The notes: generated from the sequence alone by a model not told the origin. 64,000 nucleotides of DNA from Tubiluchus corallicola (GCA_030141605.1 JAQGDQ010000017.1:1178001-1242000); one strand, 5' to 3'; positions 13,876 through 43,162 are shown, counted from the first letter of the stretch. Numbers and translations: made by a program.

Positions 13876-13900
13876 AGCCGCCGCGGATGGCGCGAAATTG
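13876..13900. promoter_or_regulatory. CpG-rich putative promoter patch with an E2F-like site (GGCGCGAAA)
   Basis: GCCGCCGCGGATGGCGCGAAA in AT-rich surroundings, just upstream of the minus-strand ATG and donor at 13757-13743. Confidence 0.35.
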
Positions 13901-14269
13901 TAACATCTACAATTTTCAACGAACCGTGCAAAATTCTTCACGACCACAAAGGAGTTGTTGGTATGACTGTCTGGCATTCACTCCATTCAGTTCATCATGC
14001 AGCCAGGCGTTTCTCCAGTTTGTCAAAACTCAATATTCGCTAATTATACGTTGTATGAAGATCTCAAATACCTCTGAATGCACTCACTTAACACCTAATC
14101 ATGACACTATAACCTCAAGAGAACTAACATATAATATGTCATAATATTAAGTTGTATAACATTTTAATTAAATATATCGAGGATTATTAAGTAATTATCT
14201 TTTTTACTAGTTATAAGGCTAGAAATATGCCAGGATAAACACACACATACTACATGTACAAGCACGAGC

Positions 14270-15645
14270 AGAGTGTTGTTAAAAATAACACTGGTAAGAT
14301 GGCAAGGGAAAAATTAACACTCTTAAAAATGACACTGGAAAAAATGGCACAGGAAATAGTGGCACAGGAAGAAATGTCACAAATGGAAATTAAAGTAGGT
14401 AAAAATGACATGGCTAAAAATGGGATGGAAAAAAATTGACGCATTTATTGAAATATGAGTTTAGGAATGTACCTAAATATGATACAAGTAAAAATGACAC
14501 AGGAAAAAATGATGCAAAATTAATGGAAAATTAGGCAAACATGGCACAGGTAGCAATGGAACAGGAAAAAATGTCACAGGAAAATTTAAAGTACACTACC
14601 TTTCAGGCACAGTTACTGCCGTTCACTTGAAAATCATAATGTAACTGGGAGACTTTGTGAGCTTTTGTAGGCGTGTCATGGCTTGCCATAAGCGTGCACT
14701 GCTTTAACTGATTCAAACTTCTGCAGTTTACAAGTTTATTGTTCACGTAAAAAATATAGCAAAATTTAGTTATCCAATTTTTTTTTGTAAAAACTTGTTA
14801 TACTTTTGGTGAAGATTGACAATGTGCTACAAATGACGTCACTGGAAGAAGAATGAACATTCAAAATGGGAGTGCCCAAGCATGTTATTAAAGAACATAG
14901 TCTTATCAGCTGACATTGTATATAATAAGCTTTTTCACAGTTTCAGTAATTGCTGGTGATTGTGAGAAGGTCAAAGGTTAAGTTCACCAGACAGCTCATT
15001 TGCATAAACTTGACAACATCTAGCAGCCCATGCTATTGTAATAGCAATTAAGAAAAGGGACGAATGATAGTTGTAGAACCTTACCTAGTTCACTTTTTCT
15101 TGTTTCCTAGCAAGATCCTGCACAGGCTAATGCATAAGTCCGCGTAAAACAACTGAAGTTACTGAACTATGCTTTGCTTTACCCACATGTCACATTATGG
15201 TTGTAGCTAAGGTGCATTGATGTGACACACTTGACCTTTGACTTTCAGCAACTGCACACAACAAAACTGTGAAAAGTCTTATTACACATGTATTTGTCAG
15301 TCTGTTGATTATAAATCTATTTAATGAACAAATACTTTGTTGTTCTCTTACTGAGTCTTTTACTGGTCTGTATAACACCAATACAGGTACATTTTTGTAT
15401 GTTTGTTTTTTAATCCTTGTATTGTGTTTTTAATCAAGAGCATAAAACCAATAAGTTTAAAATTCTTCAGCTTTGACAGAGATATGCTTCCTACTGAAAG
15501 CATGTTGGTTTTATTACAGCATCGAAATGAAATAGCATGATTATGTAACACTTTCTTCCTGTACCATTTTTTCCATGCCATCTTTATTTGCTTTTCCATT
15601 TGTGCTACTATTTCCTGTGCCATTTTTGTCATGCACTACACCCAA
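14270..15645. mobile_element. Foldback-type element with inverted subterminal arrays of AAAAATGGCACAGG-like units, containing a nested MITE
   Basis: Repeated AAAAATG(G/A)CACAGG units at 14280-14585 and their reverse complements (CCTGTGCCATTTTT) at 15550-15632. These explain the mirror-image ORFs 14254-14439(+) and 15360-15632(-). Confidence 0.6.
14924..15283 (+). mobile_element. MITE of the AATAAGCCTTTTCACAGTT-TIR family (copy 1)
   Basis: ~19-bp TIRs. Internal homology to copies at 20054, 20872 and 60536. Confidence 0.8.
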
Positions 15646-15940
15646 CACAAACTTAATAACTGCTTGTAAAATTTGACAAAACTTTGATACAGTCATCCTG
15701 GAACTGATCATCAGTTAAAAGTTTTCTTTATTGATGATGTTTTTATAAGGTTTAATTTTGTTGCTGTTGTATTTTGCATTTTATGTTAAATTTTGTCTAA
15801 AACTGGGTGTTTTTATTAAAATGGAATTTTCAGGGCAGTTTGAATTGTTTGTTGTGCGAAATGGTCGTGTGTGAACGCTTTTTCAACGAAATAAATATTC
15901 TCCTTACCTTCACAGTAGGTGGCACAACACCTGTTTCATC

Positions 15941-18900
15941 ATGGACAGCAAATTATTGCTCGCTGTTATTTTTCAAATTATAATAATTTGTTTGTGTTTT
16001 GCAGGTGAATTACTTTGCATGGCTACTTCGTATACACTCGACTGCTCGGTAATCGCCGTATGCTGCGCTGCCGCATACCGACTTGCCAAGTACCGCGGTG
16101 GACTGTACCACAGCAAAATGTACAACAGTGGGAATATACTTTGGCAACGTGTACCTCTACAGAATATAGTAGCATTAGTACGCCTTGGCATTGCGCCATG
16201 GTATGCGGTAAGCACCGAACAGTTGAATGCAGGCGAAGTTGCCATTACATAGCACTTGTCAATTTATCAGTTAATCTGCGGTCAGGTTGTCCTTTATTAC
16301 TATATTACTTTATTAGGCTTTAATATGCATATTAAAAAAGATAATATGACATTTTGCGCCACATTACACAGTGAGGCAGCAGACAGTGTCACGGTGAGTC
16401 AATGCAGTACACTCTGCATGGTGAAGCAATATGTAGCCTCACTACTCCCACCGTGTGATGGCGACTGCTTTTCTAGCAAATTCTCAATCTCGGTCAAAAC
16501 CTTTGTTTCCCCGGGACGTCAATAAAAAATGACAGTTGTCAACAAGAAGAGGTGACTGAAAATAGAAGATTAAGATCAACGAAGGGGCTGGTCATTGGAG
16601 ATACCAACGAAGATAAGATCTATGAAACACATTGAAGCATAACATAAAGTTTTAAACAATGTTCATTCAGACTGGACACCTGTGATTCCCGGACAATTTT
16701 ATTCATTTTATACATAAATGGTTTGTCTGATTACATTTTGAATACAACCAAACTTTTTGCTGATGACTGTAAAATTTATAGAAAAATCTCTGGAAAATCT
16801 GACTATAACATTTTACAATTAGATATCAATAAGTTAAATGTTCACGATCCAATAAATTGCTTTTGTTTTTGAATGCTAATAAGTGTACAACTCTATGAAT
16901 AAGACCCATTATAAATATACTATCAATAATCAACCTCTTCAAGCTGTAAATGAACAAAAAGGTCTTGGTATTGTCATATTTATTGATCATCATATGCCAT
17001 ATCATCAACATGGTATTATTACATCCTCTGATTTATAACCCTCTAAGCACTGTTGGAAACATTTTAGCAAAGTTATTTAAAAAATTGGCCAAAATAATAG
17101 ATGTGTGTGTGTAGCTGAAAAATCCCTTCAAACAGTTGAACTCATATATAAAGCTTTTGTGAAGGCGATTCTGGAAACTAATAACCCAACATGGTTACCA
17201 CTGAAAAAAAGATATAAATGCTTGTGTTGATGCAAAATAAACAATATTGAATAAAATGTTCTTGATGGTGTACAAAACTAAGTGGTGATAACAACAGGCT
17301 GGAATCATTCTCAACCAAGAAAGTTCATGCTGATCTAAGAGAAACATTTAAAATACAACATGGTTACTACAAGATCAACAGAGAAAAATACTTCATTTTA
17401 AATAATCATTTTACTAGAAGTCACTGGCTCAAGTTCTTTAAACCGATTGCTTATACAGATATAAAAAACAATTTTCTCGTTTGCAGAGTGATATCATGCT
17501 GGAACTAACTTTATGAAAGTATGCTAACAATGTAGATATTTTTTAAACACGTTTGAAGCTGAATCACCAGTGATGACCAGGAACAGCATCAAGTGTAGTC
17601 TGGTCGACTACAGATTAGCCCAGTCGAATGAGCAGGAAGTACCCGCCTAGTACAAGCTCTCCATTTTATGATAAAACATGTATTTTCAAGAAGAGTAATT
17701 TACGCCATTATAGAAAGATGGATTTAAACTAAAAATGCATTTTACTCATCTCTGCAGTCATGCTTAACCCTACTGTGTGAGATATGTTCTTAAAAAATCC
17801 AATTTCTAACTTAAAAATATTAAATTCTGGTTTGAATAGTGACCATTTGTTAACTATATGATTGTACTGTAGAATGAATTATATTATACGGCAACCTAAG
17901 TGAGATATAGACATTGAAACTGGAGAGCCAACAAGAAGAATTTGAAAGCAAGTCTGATCAAAGTCACAAGTAATTTAATTTGATAAAAATTTACTGCGGG
18001 CTGATCGGATAAAACTGTATACACTGCTATGCGAACTCGCAGCACAAAGTGCAAACATGGATGCAAGTTTGACAGTTAAAACAACTCGTTCATTCAAGAA
18101 ACACACTGCATGTTTTTGTCTGCTGTTCGTAACATGGCTGAAAATGTAGCAGCATCAAAAATACAACTGTTGAAATAATACATATGTTTTAACAAAGTAA
18201 ATTTAAAAACATTTCAAAATTATAGACATACCGTAGTAGGAGTTTGCCAACCACAGCCTTTGCCAATCAACCCAAACAAGTTTTGTGTAATCAACTGCAC
18301 TATTTTCGCAGAACCGCAGAGATTTTACGGTGCAGAAATATCCTTAAGCATGTTTGGAAAAATGAGTGAAAAGTATTTTTAGTTTCAAAAGTAGGACATC
18401 CTTTCTAGCCCCAGTAGGGACTTCTGGCAACCAGGTGCAATAGTTATCCTGCTTTTAGATGCTTCTTTATTGCTTATAGCCACATTTAGATAGTAAAACT
18501 TCTAAGACATTTAGTGCACATGATGTCATTTAACAAAAGATTCATGATAATTTTGTAAATTAGGTAAAAATTGTTGTTATCTATACAAGTTATCCAGTCT
18601 AGTAGAAATAATGTTATTACTAATGTTATTGGTATTACAAGTGTAGTTAACATTACTTTAATACAATATCTTTTTATTACTACACGAGTGTAATCAGTGC
18701 TGCATGCCAGACGGTTGTTTCCTATTTTACTTTCATTTTGATTTGTGTTGAATTTGTTGAACTAGTTTAGGTTGCAAAGTAGTAGCATGAATGTGATATT
18801 TATATGCTAGAATTGCTCAGTGACACAAGTCTGTAGTTGGCATTGAACACTCTTTCTCATTGTGCTTATATATATATATTATGTTTCAGATGCACAAGTG

Positions 18901-21900
18901 CGGGGTAAAAATAAAGAATTATCACTCAATGATAAAGTAGAACAGCTGCTAGAATGGAATACTAAACGCTCTGTGATCAAAATGAATGGGGACAAATACA
19001 GGACTTACGTCAGGTCTGTGCCTAGGAATTATTCTGTGATATTGATGCTGACTGCACTGCAGCCACAGCGACACTGCTCCATTTGTCGGTAAGTTTTCTG
19101 TATTGCTAAACTCAGACGTTTCAACTCTCACACGTTAGGCATGTGTCGCGTGCATTTTAAGTTTTTCACAAGCGCCAAATTTCAGTTCTCATGCATTCCG
19201 CAACTTCACATGCAAGTTTGCAAAATCACCGGTCTTCCTTTGCCATCACTAACCAATCATGATATGATTAGTAGTACTACTATGAGTTGCAGTCAAATAA
19301 TACACTGTACTTAGCATTCAATGCATCTCACGACATACGTTGCACTAAAGGGAATGAAAATTTATAAAATTCAGCAATTTTAGGTGCTATTCATCTTTTA
19401 ACATCATAGAAAAGCACACTGAACTGCATTAACAACATAAGAAACCTTGGTAATTTCTAAAATTACCTTAATTTATTGATTTGATACCAAAAAATAGAAA
19501 AAATCTGAGCATTGCCTCTGGTCCCCACCAGTAGGAGATTATCCTCTTTTCTATATTTTACAACAGGGATGAAAGCCACTTAGTTCAGTTTTTTAGGAAG
19601 CGATGATAACTATCTAAGTAACTATCGTCTTAAAAAATAGCTTTCATATATAGGCACCATTCATATGTAGCCATTCATAAGTACCTTACGTTAATTATTT
19701 AAAATTAAAAGTATTTATATTTTTATTTTGTTTTATTTGCAGTCAAGCAGGCGATGAATTTCAAATAGTAGCCAACTCGTGGCGTTATTCGCAGAGCTAT
19801 TCAAGTCGAATATTTTTTGCCCTTGTTGATTATGACGACGCGTCGGATGTTTTTCACTCACTCAAGATAACGAGTGCTCCGGTTTTCATTCATTTTCCAC
19901 CGAAAGGAAAGCCCAAGAAAGCTGACACTATGGACTTGCAGCGGGTTGGATTTTATGCAGGTAATGAACTTTGAAATCTCATGTATTTAACAAAGCCAGA
20001 AGCTTGGCTTTAGATAGAGCCTACACAGTCTTAATTATTTTAAGAGAAGAACAAATAAGCCGTTTCACAGCTCCAGCGATCGATGATGATCGTGAAAAGC
20101 TCAAGGGTTAAATGTACCAGACAACAGATTTGTGTACACTTGGCAACGCCTCGCAGCCCATGCTATTTATAACAGTTTTAACAGCTCCCTAGAATCTTAC
20201 CTAGTAATTAAGTAAAGTCCACATAAAACAACTGAATTTACTGAACTAATGCCTCAGCTGGCTTTGCTTTACCCGCATGTCATGTGACGGCTGTAGTTAA
20301 GACGCGTTACTGTGGTACACTTAACCTTTCATCTACGGCAACTGCGCGTGTGCACAGTGAAACTGTGAAAAGGTTTATTACGTGTGCATAATAATGCTTC
20401 TAAAGAGCTACTGGTATAATTAAGGTGCTGTTTGAAAATGATAACCTAATGCTGGTAATGGGCAGGTTCACAATTGAAGCAGCCCTGGGAAAACTTGATG
20501 AGTGTTATACAGTTTACTACCTAGGCAGTTGGAAGCTAAAGTTAGGAAGATTTCCTATTAGCAAAAGCTAAGCTAAATCTTAAGATGATAATAATCTAAA
20601 GATTGTCAATGAAGCTCATTAATGAGATATTTAATGGTGGACGTTTTGCTCAAATATGTGCCAGATGCAAGTAGCAGCTAATATGTAGTGCTGCAACAAA
20701 ATAAAAGTATTGTAGGCTTTGCCTAGTAACAATTGCCATGCCACCATATAATTTGGTGGCATATCCCTCTTTCTGAATACATGTTGGTGCTGCCACACAG
20801 TGAGAAAACCTTGAAAACCTATGTAAATATTAACAGTAGTCATTGTATATCAAATTAAACAGTACAAAAGGAATAAGCCTTTTCACAGTTTCATCGTGCA
20901 CACGCGCAGTTACTGTAAGTCAAGGATTAAGTGTACTACAGCTTAATTACAACTGTCACGTGATGTGTGGGTAAATTAAAGGCGTTTGTTGCATCAGTTC
21001 AGTAACTTCAGCTATTTTATGTGCCCTTTACTTAATTATGCATTAGTCTGAGCATAGAGTGATTTACTAGCAGGATCTTACTTGGGAACAAAGAAAAATA
21101 AGTTTCTAGCTAGCTGTTAAAACTGTTGCTATTACAATAAGACGTGGGCTGCGAGACATTGTCAAGTGTACACAAATGCGTTGTCTGATTCACTTAACCT
21201 TTGGCCTTTTCACGATCATCATCAATCCTGCTGTAACTGTGAAAAGGCTTATTGTGCCTGAAGATTCTTGCAGATGTAATGAAACTCTGAATGTAGGCTT
21301 TATTAACTGCATTAGTCACATTTTACTGTAATTGACTGTTTTGCTAAGTTATGCACCCTTTACTATTATTTAATTTTCTTACAATTTCAGAGGCCATTGC
21401 AAAATGGGTTGGTGAACGGACGGACATACAAATCCGTGTGTTCCGACCGCCAAACTACTCCGGCACTATTGCTGTCATTATGTTGTTTTCTCTCATCGGT
21501 GGTTTACTGTACCTCCGTCGTAATAACCTCGACTTTCTCTATAATAAAACGAGCTGGGCTGTTTGCGCTTTGGCCATCGTCTTCGCCATGACCTCCGGCC
21601 AGATGTGGAACCACATCCGAGGACCTCCATTCATGCACCGCAATCCACAGACCGGTCAGATGGCATGGATACATGGTGGATCTCGAAGCCAGTTCATTGT
21701 GGAAACCTACATTGTCATGATTCTGAATTCCGCTGTAGTTTTTGGGTTCATCCTACTGAACGAGGCAGTTTCTGGCAAAGGCGACGTTGGGAAGAGGAGG
21801 ATTGTGGCTGTCGTAGGTTTGGGCGTTGTGGCTTTTTTCTTTAGTTTAATCCTGTCCGTGTTTAGGTCAAAGTATCAAGGATATCCTTATAGCTTTTTAA

Positions 21901-21908
21901 TAAAATGA
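15941..21908 (+). CDS. TUSC3: Oligosaccharyltransferase OST3/OST6-family subunit (MAGT1/TUSC3-like), 4 exons, 332 aa
   Basis: Exons 15941-16004, 18890-19088, 19743-19960 and 21391-21908 (999 nt, all GT-AG, phases consistent). Signal peptide, [13 protein letters not shown], CxxC (CSIC), [20 protein letters not shown], four hydrophobic segments, C-terminal [13 protein letters not shown]. An invertebrate gene would be co-orthologous to MAGT1 and TUSC3. AATAAA at 22724 and 22744. Confidence 0.95.
16640..17660 (+). mobile_element. 5'-truncated, decayed CR1/L2-like LINE fragment in intron 1 of the TUSC3-like gene
   Basis: Encodes [21 protein letters not shown] (RT catalytic motif) at ~16750, then [15 protein letters not shown] and a CR1-like C-terminus, with frameshifts. 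3' hairpin TGTAGTC-tggtc-GACTACA at ~17594-17612. Confidence 0.8.
20054..20379 (+). mobile_element. MITE of the AATAAGCCTTTTCACAGTT-TIR family (copy 2)
   Basis: TIRs AATAAGCCGTTTCACAG / CTGTGAAAAGGTTTATT. Same orientation as copy 1. Confidence 0.8.
20872..21253 (-). mobile_element. MITE of the AATAAGCCTTTTCACAGTT-TIR family (copy 3)
   Basis: Perfect 19-bp TIRs AATAAGCCTTTTCACAGTT / AACTGTGAAAAGGCTTATT. Inverted relative to copy 2. Confidence 0.85.
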
Positions 21909-23161
21909 AACTTGGTTAAATGTTTAGTAAAATATTATTTGTAAATTGTGAAGTTCTTATTGGGAATTTTATGACCGTATGGTGTTGCAAGTTGCAAGTT
22001 TGTTTGCGGTTAATGTTTGTTTTATCTCCAGTTTCCTGGAAATGAATTCAGTTTCAACTTTGCTTTACATTCGTATATAGCATAATTAATGGTTGATGTA
22101 ATACATGTCAGTACATGTGCTGTGGCTGTGTTAATATTGATATAATAATGATAATTAAGACAATCTTGACATAAAGTTTATGATAATTAATGCCCTGGAT
22201 GTTTACATTTGCAAGCTGTAAAGGCAGGCCTTTCTAATTATAACCATTAGTTAAGTTTTCCTGCCTTAATATCTTATCCCATTAAATGCAAGCCATAGCT
22301 TAATATCACATTTAACTTACAGCAGTAGTTAATCAAAAAAAAGTTCTGTATGAAAAGACATCTGAGCCATTTCAATCGTCATATTGTACTACAGGCTTTG
22401 ACGTGAATCTCTGTAACCTCACTTGTGGCATTAGTTTTAATACAGATAAATGAGAATAATGGACATGTGTAAATGACAAAGCTTGTAAGTATTTATGTTG
22501 CATAACTCATTTGACTTGTGACCATTTAAATTTTCCTTCACATGTATATTGGGCCCTGAACTTGTCTAGTGGGCCATTCTTAGTTTGTGCTTAAAGTGAG
22601 ATCATTTGTGAATATGAAAATTCTTCATCTTGTTGCATTAATTAAGGAACGTATTTTACGATTTTTTTATTTTTAAGTCAATTGTTTGTTTCTTTCTCTT
22701 GGTGTAAACATTTGGTTGTTAATAATAAATTAATGGAAGTTTGAATAAAAATACGAACAAAATTCAAAGAAAAACTATTCGACTACCGGAAGCATTCGTA
22801 TTTGTAAGACTTTTAGAAATGTTATATAAGTAGGAAACACGTGTTGCAAAACATGCAAACTAGCAAGTTGATAAGAATACATATAACAAATCATTCATTT
22901 ATTGTCATTTAGTATTTTATTGAATGTCCACAGTAAGTAAGACATATAATACAGTCGATTTCTTCGTTGTCAAAATTATTACAGGAAATATAGATAACTT
23001 GTAACTTAACTAATTACGCACGTGACATGCCGTGATAATTACACAAAATTATCTCAATTTAATCCATTTTTGTAAAATTACTGTATGTATCATCTGAACA
23101 TAAATGACAGAAGTATAAGCATTGTTGCTCCATTCACTTTTTCGTGCAGTTTTACCTTCGC

Positions 23162-24629
23162 TCATGACAGATTTTTACGTCTTAGAAACTGCAGTTGATT
23201 CAACTGCCTAAAAAACAAATAAAATGTTTCAGTTACACTAGTTACATTTCAGTAAGAATCTCTTGTTAGAAAGAAGAATTTTGGACCTTGGCCTCCTGTA
23301 CTTGCATGCCAAAATCACTAGTACGTTGCCAAGCCAAGCCATCACACATGCCAAGTACAGAAGCTAAAATAGTAAAATTACTAATTGAATGAAAATGTTT
23401 TTAATTATGGTGTTTCCAGATGAACACCATTTTTCTCAATGCCCAATGCAGATTGACTAACTAAGTGAAGTTTTGTTAATAAACGATTACAAATGTATTA
23501 TATTGAAGTCTTGGAGGCTTTTCTTAGAACATTCAGAAAATATTTTGATTTATTCATCCGCAAATTTTATTAACCTGCTGCAAATTGTACTGCAAAGAAA
23601 AACTTCAAACCAAAATTTACAAATGGCAAAGAAAAATACTTGTACCTGTTTAGCTTTGTATTCGATGTATTTCGAATTATTTACGAAAAAACAAATAATG
23701 TGAACATTCTTGTACTTAATATTCTCCTCTCATTATTTTATTTTATGTGAGTGACAGCTACATTATTTTAATTATTTCTGAATTATTTTGAATTATCATC
23801 TTGAACTGGTGACAAAGAGCATCTGTACAATGAAGGTATTATCCCTGGCAAAGGAACAGTCATAATTATGATGCATTTACATGGTTGAATTACATGCTGG
23901 ATTAATTATATAATTTGTAAATAATGTGTAAAACAAATTCTTTGTGTTTACTACAGAATACAAAACTTACTCTTCGGTTAGTGAAACAATCACTCCACAT
24001 TCAGCGCATTTATTCTCCAACATCTTTCGAAATTCCGGAGTATGACCCTCCACACTCTTTCTGCACAGAGGGAGCCACACTTCTCGGCATTCTTGAGACA
24101 CGGGCTTGGCTAAATATCAAATACAAGTTAATGATTAGTCATTGACAAGTATAAAGAATGAACAGGAAAATTATTAAATTTATAAGAAATTACAAAAAAC
24201 TTTATGCGAGGCAAATCAGAAACTTTACTTAAGTTACTTCTTAATTGATAAAGGCAAAACGAATGTCACTTTTTACAGAAAGTTCATATGCAATTGTACT
24301 AAAAAGTAAGGGTTGTGAGTTGTTGAACATATATAGGTATATAACAAGTTATCTGGCACTTCTCACCTGTTAGATTCACTAAAAATCCAGAACAAACTAA
24401 TTGACAAAGTTTCTGTGATACAGTTTAATGTTGATGGAAATCTTTCCACTTTTTAACTAAATCTTAAATAATTTTGCTTTAGTTTTGCATTGTGTATCAC
24501 ATTTAGTGGTAAGAGGTACTACATGTGCATACTAATTTTATTGAATAACCAAGAAGCTTAAAGCCTACCGATAGTAGATGACATTACAAACGCTGTAATG
24601 AGTAAAATTGCTGCTACACGTAATTCCAT
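23162..24629 (-). CDS. Unrecognised small secreted cysteine-containing peptide precursor, 3 exons, 81 aa
   Basis: Exons 24629-24569 (G|gtaggc), 24109-23971 (tttag|..GA|gtaagt) and 23207-23162 (ttttttag|..TGA) total 246 nt in one open frame: MELRVAAILLITAFVMSSTIAKPVSQECREVWLPLCRKSVEGHTPEFRKMLENKCAECGVIVSLTEEQLNQLQFLRRKNLS*. Signal-peptide-like exon 1 with a phase-1 intron. TATA box upstream and AATAAA downstream (22916-22921, 22898-22903). Confidence 0.8.
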
Positions 24630-24747
24630 CTTTGTCTTCTGTTCCTGCTTGAAACTTGTCTTAAATTGTGTTCTTTTAAATTACTCGAGTGAACAGTGAA
24701 AATTGTTTTTCAACGTCTGTCTTGCAGATTGTGTGCGCATCTGTCTC

Positions 24748-24755
24748 TTTATATA
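24748..24755 (-). promoter_or_regulatory. TATA box of the small secreted-peptide gene
   Basis: CTATATAAAGAG on the minus strand, ~120 nt upstream of the ATG at 24629. Confidence 0.65.
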
Positions 24756-26714
24756 GACTGGTATTTACTTTATTGTACCATCACACATATGGCTATAATG
24801 TTTAATGCTGGGTTTTTAACGGCCATTATCGTGTTGACATTTAATTTTTAAAATATCAAAGGTGCTGCAGCTGAACAAGATTTTCAGGTGTTATGTGAAA
24901 TAAACTACAATAGCAATTTAATGTATTAATTTATTCAAAATGGGGAAATCCATGAATAAGAAACATGTGGCTTAAAATCAACTATACGTTGTTTTCTAGG
25001 CTATATGGTAGTTTATTTCAAAGCATGCTCCAAGATACTGCAAACAAATTAATGGCTGTGTTCACAACATAAACGAGCACCAAACTCTAGTCCTGTTCAC
25101 ACGCAAGAACCGTATCTAAACAGAGACTTTTTCAAATCTGGAAAGCTAGAAACGTGCATTACTTATATTCCATTTCGTTTGACCATTTCTTGTGTAAAAT
25201 TTTTTGCAGCAGCAAGACAAAGCATGAAACATGCTATTCACACTCATACAGAGTATTAGGAGTGAGAACAAGGTCTGTCTAGACATAGTGTGAACACCGC
25301 TTGTCTGACTTTGGTGTGAACGTGAAGAGTGTTAACTTGTTATTTCAATACAAGCAGTTGTTTCTTATGAGAAACTTGACTTATGAACGCACAGATTCTA
25401 ATTCAGTTTAGCACCACTAGCAAATGTTCTACAAAAGGAAATATAGTTTGCAATTTGCCTTTATATTAATTACATGATTATCATAATTAAGATATTTGTT
25501 TTTTTCTGAGGAAAATTGTAATCATAATAAAAATATAACGACAATTGCTCATGTTGATTGAAATATTTTTGCTGCTAATTCAGCATACGTAAACATATTA
25601 TGAGGTTGGTAAATAAACATGTTACAATACATCAGTTACCAAAAGCCATTGTTTTACATTTTTGTGATTTAGAGAGGTAACTTTGTGCTACTCATACCTG
25701 GGTGTTCAGTTAAGGACAACTGCCAAGCAATGGGGGCAAAGGGATATGCTCCTACTACTGTTTGTGGTAACCACTTAACCCCCTGGGTAATTTCCTGTCC
25801 TACTGAGGGATGTACAAAAATTTCTGAGTCCCAACACTCCTTAAGGAATTAATTATAAGGTTCCAACTTCTAAACCCCCTTGTCCTAGATTAGAAGGCCT
25901 GATCCAGGGTGGGGCAAATGACCTGTTTGCCACACCCAGCGGATGCCCATGCTGCCAAGGGCTTAATGCCCTCATCGCTAATCCACATTAGACATTAATT
26001 TAATTACATGGTCGGCAATATCAACATCATAAAATGGCAGATTTTATGGCTCATGCTGGATTGTAAAATTTGAAGTTAATAAAATTTTTAAGCTCATTAG
26101 AAACCCACACGCCCTGAGATCCAGTAACAATAAAACTTGAATGCTGTAATTTCATTATGCATAAAAAAATAATTGTTAGTTTATTAACAATGAGATATGA
26201 TAAATAACAATATCGACAGGATATTTTCATACATTTGGATATAAATATTTTCTACTCTGCTATAATAGCTTTACATATAGTACATAAAAACATTGTTTAT
26301 ATTGCAGTAATTATTCAGCAGCAACAGAAAAATCCTGACTGTAACCTAGCTATAACACATAAACAGTTACCTTAATTCACACACCACTCACAAATAGCAA
26401 ACCAGCAGTATTACGTGAAAATAGTTTCTTTTTAACACATGTTACACAAGTGCTACACATTGTCACAGGTAATTTTCTAGCTGAATGGAAGCAGTTTAAT
26501 TTTGTGTAAATTTAAACTGGCAATTACCAACGAACAGTAAAAAGTTTGACCCCAACATAAAATGTGACCAATGTTAATTTGTTCTAAAATATTTTGGTAA
26601 TCCTCAATCATCAATATTTCCTATCAAAGTTAAACGAATACGATTAGTTTAGCAAAAGCTCCTAGACGTCTCTCAGCTAAAGTATATATTGAAAAGAGTT
26701 TACAGTTTACAGTG

Positions 26715-26724
26715 GTTGCTATGG

Positions 26725-26728
<4 letters not shown>
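26715..26728. promoter_or_regulatory. X-box-like motif GTAACCATAGCAAC (minus strand) overlapping the CFAP100 stop codon
   Basis: Fits the RFX consensus. Motif match only. Confidence 0.3.

Positions 26729-43162
<16,434 letters not shown>

Noticed and set aside
15941-16252. 103-aa single-exon ORF
   Set aside because: Only the first 21 codons are the signal-peptide exon of the TUSC3-like gene. The rest is read-through past the GT donor at 16005.
23162-24109. The two downstream exons as an alternative C-terminus of CFAP100 (the donor at 28710 is phase-compatible)
   Set aside because: A dedicated TATA box plus signal-peptide exon at 24569-24755 explains them better, and CFAP100 has its own conserved terminal exon. 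Rare read-through splicing is not excluded.
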